In this document: positions 61,923 through 64,000 of the stretch, piece after piece
How positions within the stretch are numbered: the first letter of the stretch is position 1
Layout of the letters: each line of letters opens with the position of its first letter
NCBI GenBank assembly: GCA_036679605.1
Contig: JAZDCZ010000085.1
Span: 64,001-128,000 of the forward strand
DNA from: Gemmatimonadota bacterium
Lineage (GTDB): Bacteria > Gemmatimonadota > Gemmatimonadetes > Gemmatimonadales > GWC2-71-9
DNA: 64,000 bases
Direction: 5' to 3'
Position numbers and translations under genes: made by a program
The notes under the pieces: model-generated
The model's input: only the letters and a program-made list of their open reading frames with translations
Database searches by the model: none
Told to the model about the DNA's origin: nothing

Positions 61923-62956
61923 CCGACAAGTATCTCTTCTCCGCTCCTCTCGACCCTATAGGTCTTGATCGGCACCTTGGCAGGAGACCCTACGGGGGTT
62001 CCCGTCGCGAGTTCGAATTTCCCTCCATGCCAAGGGCACTGAAGGATGCAGGTCTCCGGATCCACTTGTCCCTCGGAGAGCGACGCACGACCGTGGGTAC
62101 AGCGGTCGCTGACTGCATAGATCTTCCCGTTCACGTTGAACAGTGCAATCGCTTCGCTGCTGAGGTAGGCTCGCTTGCTGGTACCAGGAGGCAGATCCGA
62201 CATTTTTGCCACCACCACCATGTCGCCGGAGACATCACCTGTTTCGCGGGGTCGTGTGGTCATGCTTGATCCGCCCAGAGCGTCCAGCATGTCCCACAAC
62301 GACATCTGAACGGCGGTGAAAACGGGAGTGTCGCGTTCGGTGTAACGTGACGAGATGCTGCCGCGCAGTTCCATAACGAGATCGAGGAACTCGGCCGGGT
62401 CGTCGCCCTCGAAGGCGACAATGAACTCTTGGTCGTCCAGTCCGAACGAATACGAAGTGTTGAGACGAATCTCGGGGTACTTGCGTCCTACCGTCACGTG
62501 TTCGTTCATCGCCTCCTGGCGCTTCTCGAACGGCAGACTCCACCAATCGCGCGTTTTCACGAACGGATAGACGAACAGGTACTTGTTGTCTGCCGGCCGG
62601 ACGATTGTGCGCATGTCGCCCTCGGGATCGTCGGGAAATTCATAGATCGACTTTCGCGTCATGCCGAGGTAGCTGTAAGCGATATCGAGATGACCGCCGA
62701 GCTCTGTCGAGAACACGGCAGTTTGCAGTGCCTGGAGAGTTTCCAGTGTCTCGGCTGCATGCCACAGCAACAGATCGCAGTCGCCTCGCGTACCCATCGT
62801 GCTGTATGTGCGCAGCAACAGTCTCTGATGAAAACCGTTGAGTGTCGAGCCGAATTCTTCTTTGTGGGCGATCTGCACTGCGGCCTCGAGCCTGCGCCAT
62901 GCCGGATCGACCTTTAGAAACAGGTATCTCACGAGTTGTCTTCGTTCGCTGGCCAT
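61913..62956 (-). CDS. ChdC/HemQ (chlorite dismutase family) protein fused to a C-terminal Rieske ferredoxin
   Basis: YPFVK, EH proximal His, SFGLDDQEF, then CTH...CPWH Rieske ligands in one ORF; GGAG RBS. Confidence 0.88.
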   Translation of the reverse strand: MASERRQLVRYLFLKVDPAWRRLEAAVQIAHKEEFGSTLNGFHQRLLLRTYSTMGTRGDCDLLLWHAAETLETLQALQTAVFSTELGGHLDIAYSYLGMTRKSIYEFPDDPEGDMRTIVRPADNKYLFVYPFVKTRDWWSLPFEKRQEAMNEHVTVGRKYPEIRLNTSYSFGLDDQEFIVAFEGDDPAEFLDLVMELRGSISSRYTERDTPVFTAVQMSLWDMLDALGGSSMTTRPRETGDVSGDMVVVAKMSDLPPGTSKRAYLSSEAIALFNVNGKIYAVSDRCTHGRASLSEGQVDPETCILQCPWHGGKFELATGTPVGSPAKVPIKTYRVERSGEEILVGWM

Positions 62957-63021
62957 TACCTACTCCGGTTTTTCCATTTCGGATAGCAGCGGCTGTCTTG
63001 CGGCGCTGTCGCGTGTAACGT

Positions 63022-63143
63022 AACAAGGCGGCAGAACAAGAGGCGGTAGGACAAGAGGCGGTAGAACTGGGTCATACCGCCCCTACCGCCGGTGTTGGGC
63101 GGGGAGGTGTGCGGTCCCGCCCTTCTTTACCGCCGGTGTTGGG
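63022..63143. repeat. cluster of short GGCGGTA/TACCGCC direct and inverted repeats
   Basis: ACAAGAGGCGGTAG at 63036 and 63051; TACCGCC at 63075; TACCGCCGGTGTTGGG at 63084 and 63128. Confidence 0.8.
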
Positions 63144-63144
63144 G

Positions 63145-63174
63145 TTGGGCTGTGGCGGGGCTGCGATGTATAAT
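63145..63174 (+). promoter_or_regulatory. sigma70-type promoter of tRNA-Phe
   Basis: TTGGGC-N18-TATAAT, 12 nt upstream of the tRNA. Confidence 0.5.
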
Positions 63175-63186
63175 TCTCCCCCTTCG

Positions 63187-63259
63187 GGCCAGGTAGCTCA
63201 GTTGGTAGAGCAGGGGACTGAAAATCCTCGTGTCGGTGGTTCAATTCCGCCCCTGGCCA
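63187..63259 (+). tRNA. tRNA-Phe (GAA)
   Basis: cloverleaf: GGCCAGG/CCTGGCC acceptor stem, GCTC/GAGC D arm, CT-GAA-AA anticodon loop, TTCAATT T loop; CCA not encoded. Confidence 0.97.
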
Positions 63260-63265
63260 CTCCAG

Positions 63266-63288
63266 AAGCCCCGTCAGACGGGGCTTTT
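63266..63288 (+). terminator. intrinsic terminator after tRNA-Phe
   Basis: AAGCCCCGT-CAG-ACGGGGCTT followed by TT. Confidence 0.75.
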
Positions 63289-63360
63289 CGCTCTAGTGGC
63301 CCTGGTCTGGGGCACCCGAAAACCCTCTCGTGTGCATGAATGTGCATTGAAGATTGACCT

Positions 63361-64000
63361 TCAACGTCGCCGGATTATTCGGATCCGGGACGGCGCGTTG
63401 CTCACCCGCTTGTGAGTCTCTAACCAGCGGACAGCGGCGCTGAACGAGCTCAGCCCAGTGTTCTCGTATCCAGGGGTGCTGCCAAAGACAATCTCCATGA
63501 TCCTCTGCTCGTGCAGGTCCCCCGCCACCGAGTAGGTCGAGTCGTCGTCCAGACCCCATTCGATGACACGATTCTTGGACGGGTCATCGTGAAGCTCGAA
63601 CGTTGCGCGGACTCCGGCGAGGCCTACATGCGCCGATGACCGATTCCGGCGAACGTTGAACTCGATCATCCGGCGCAGCTGCAGACCCGTCAGCTGGAAG
63701 GTGTAGATGCTGTCGCATGCGAAGGCGTCGAAGAGATTCTCAACTCGGATTTCACCAGGCGCGAACTCCGGCCCGGGTCGCCACTGGTGGGCGAACCCGA
63801 TATCAGCTGCCGTGGCCCAACGGTAGACCTCCGCCGCCCAGCGGGACGCGTTCGGTAACTCTCCCTCCAAGGTGAGCGCCGTCTCAGACACGCCGATGAC
63901 GTCGGCGGGAGAACGCGAAGTTTCAGACGTCAAATTGCGACATCGATCCCTCTCTGCGAGGCTGGCAGCAATGACGCTCTCGAGCGCCTTGGCCTTTGGC
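63361..64000 (-). CDS. partial: 5'-nucleotidase C-terminal-like domain protein
   Basis: frame open to the window edge; ADIGF...PGEIRVENLF...LTGLQLRRMIE...DDDSTYSVA pattern. Confidence 0.65.
   Translation of the reverse strand, partial: PKAKALESVIAASLAERDRCRNLTSETSRSPADVIGVSETALTLEGELPNASRWAAEVYRWATAADIGFAHQWRPGPEFAPGEIRVENLFDAFACDSIYTFQLTGLQLRRMIEFNVRRNRSSAHVGLAGVRATFELHDDPSKNRVIEWGLDDDSTYSVAGDLHEQRIMEIVFGSTPGYENTGLSSFSAAVRWLETHKRVSNAPSRIRIIRRR

Noticed and set aside
61913..62956. Calling the fusion a true chlorite dismutase
   Set aside because: The distal catalytic Arg position is Leu, and the YPxxK motif and hemY neighbour favour ChdC
63187..64000. Genomic island integrated at tRNA-Phe
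   Set aside because: No integrase or duplicated tRNA 3' end within the window; cannot be assessed beyond the edge

Overview
Core chromosomal region around the replication origin of a diderm bacterium; gene content and protein style suggest Gemmatimonadota (inference). It holds parS-parAB, mnmG, a complete SUF Fe-S operon, thiC with a TPP riboswitch, polA, RNase P RNA, dnaN-oriC-dnaA, rpmH-rnpA-yidD-yidC-mnmE, a long minus-strand housekeeping block (ddl, queD, cbs, mutS, holA, ECF sigma/anti-sigma, nudF, upp) and tRNA-Phe. I saw no mobile element, prophage or CRISPR array. The best candidate for an undescribed system is at 60843-62956: a coproheme decarboxylase (ChdC/HemQ)-like protein fused to a complete Rieske [2Fe-2S] ferredoxin, overlapping a HemY-like flavo-oxidase that lacks roughly 100 internal residues. 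This may be a variant coproporphyrin-dependent heme module with its own electron carrier. Four small ORFs are absent from the supplied track (rpmH and three unknowns). Other oddities include a G-quadruplex motif at a start codon, a SufR-like operator, a parAB-M23-bactofilin operon and a peptide deformylase with non-canonical motifs. Family assignments come from motif recognition only; no database searches were run.
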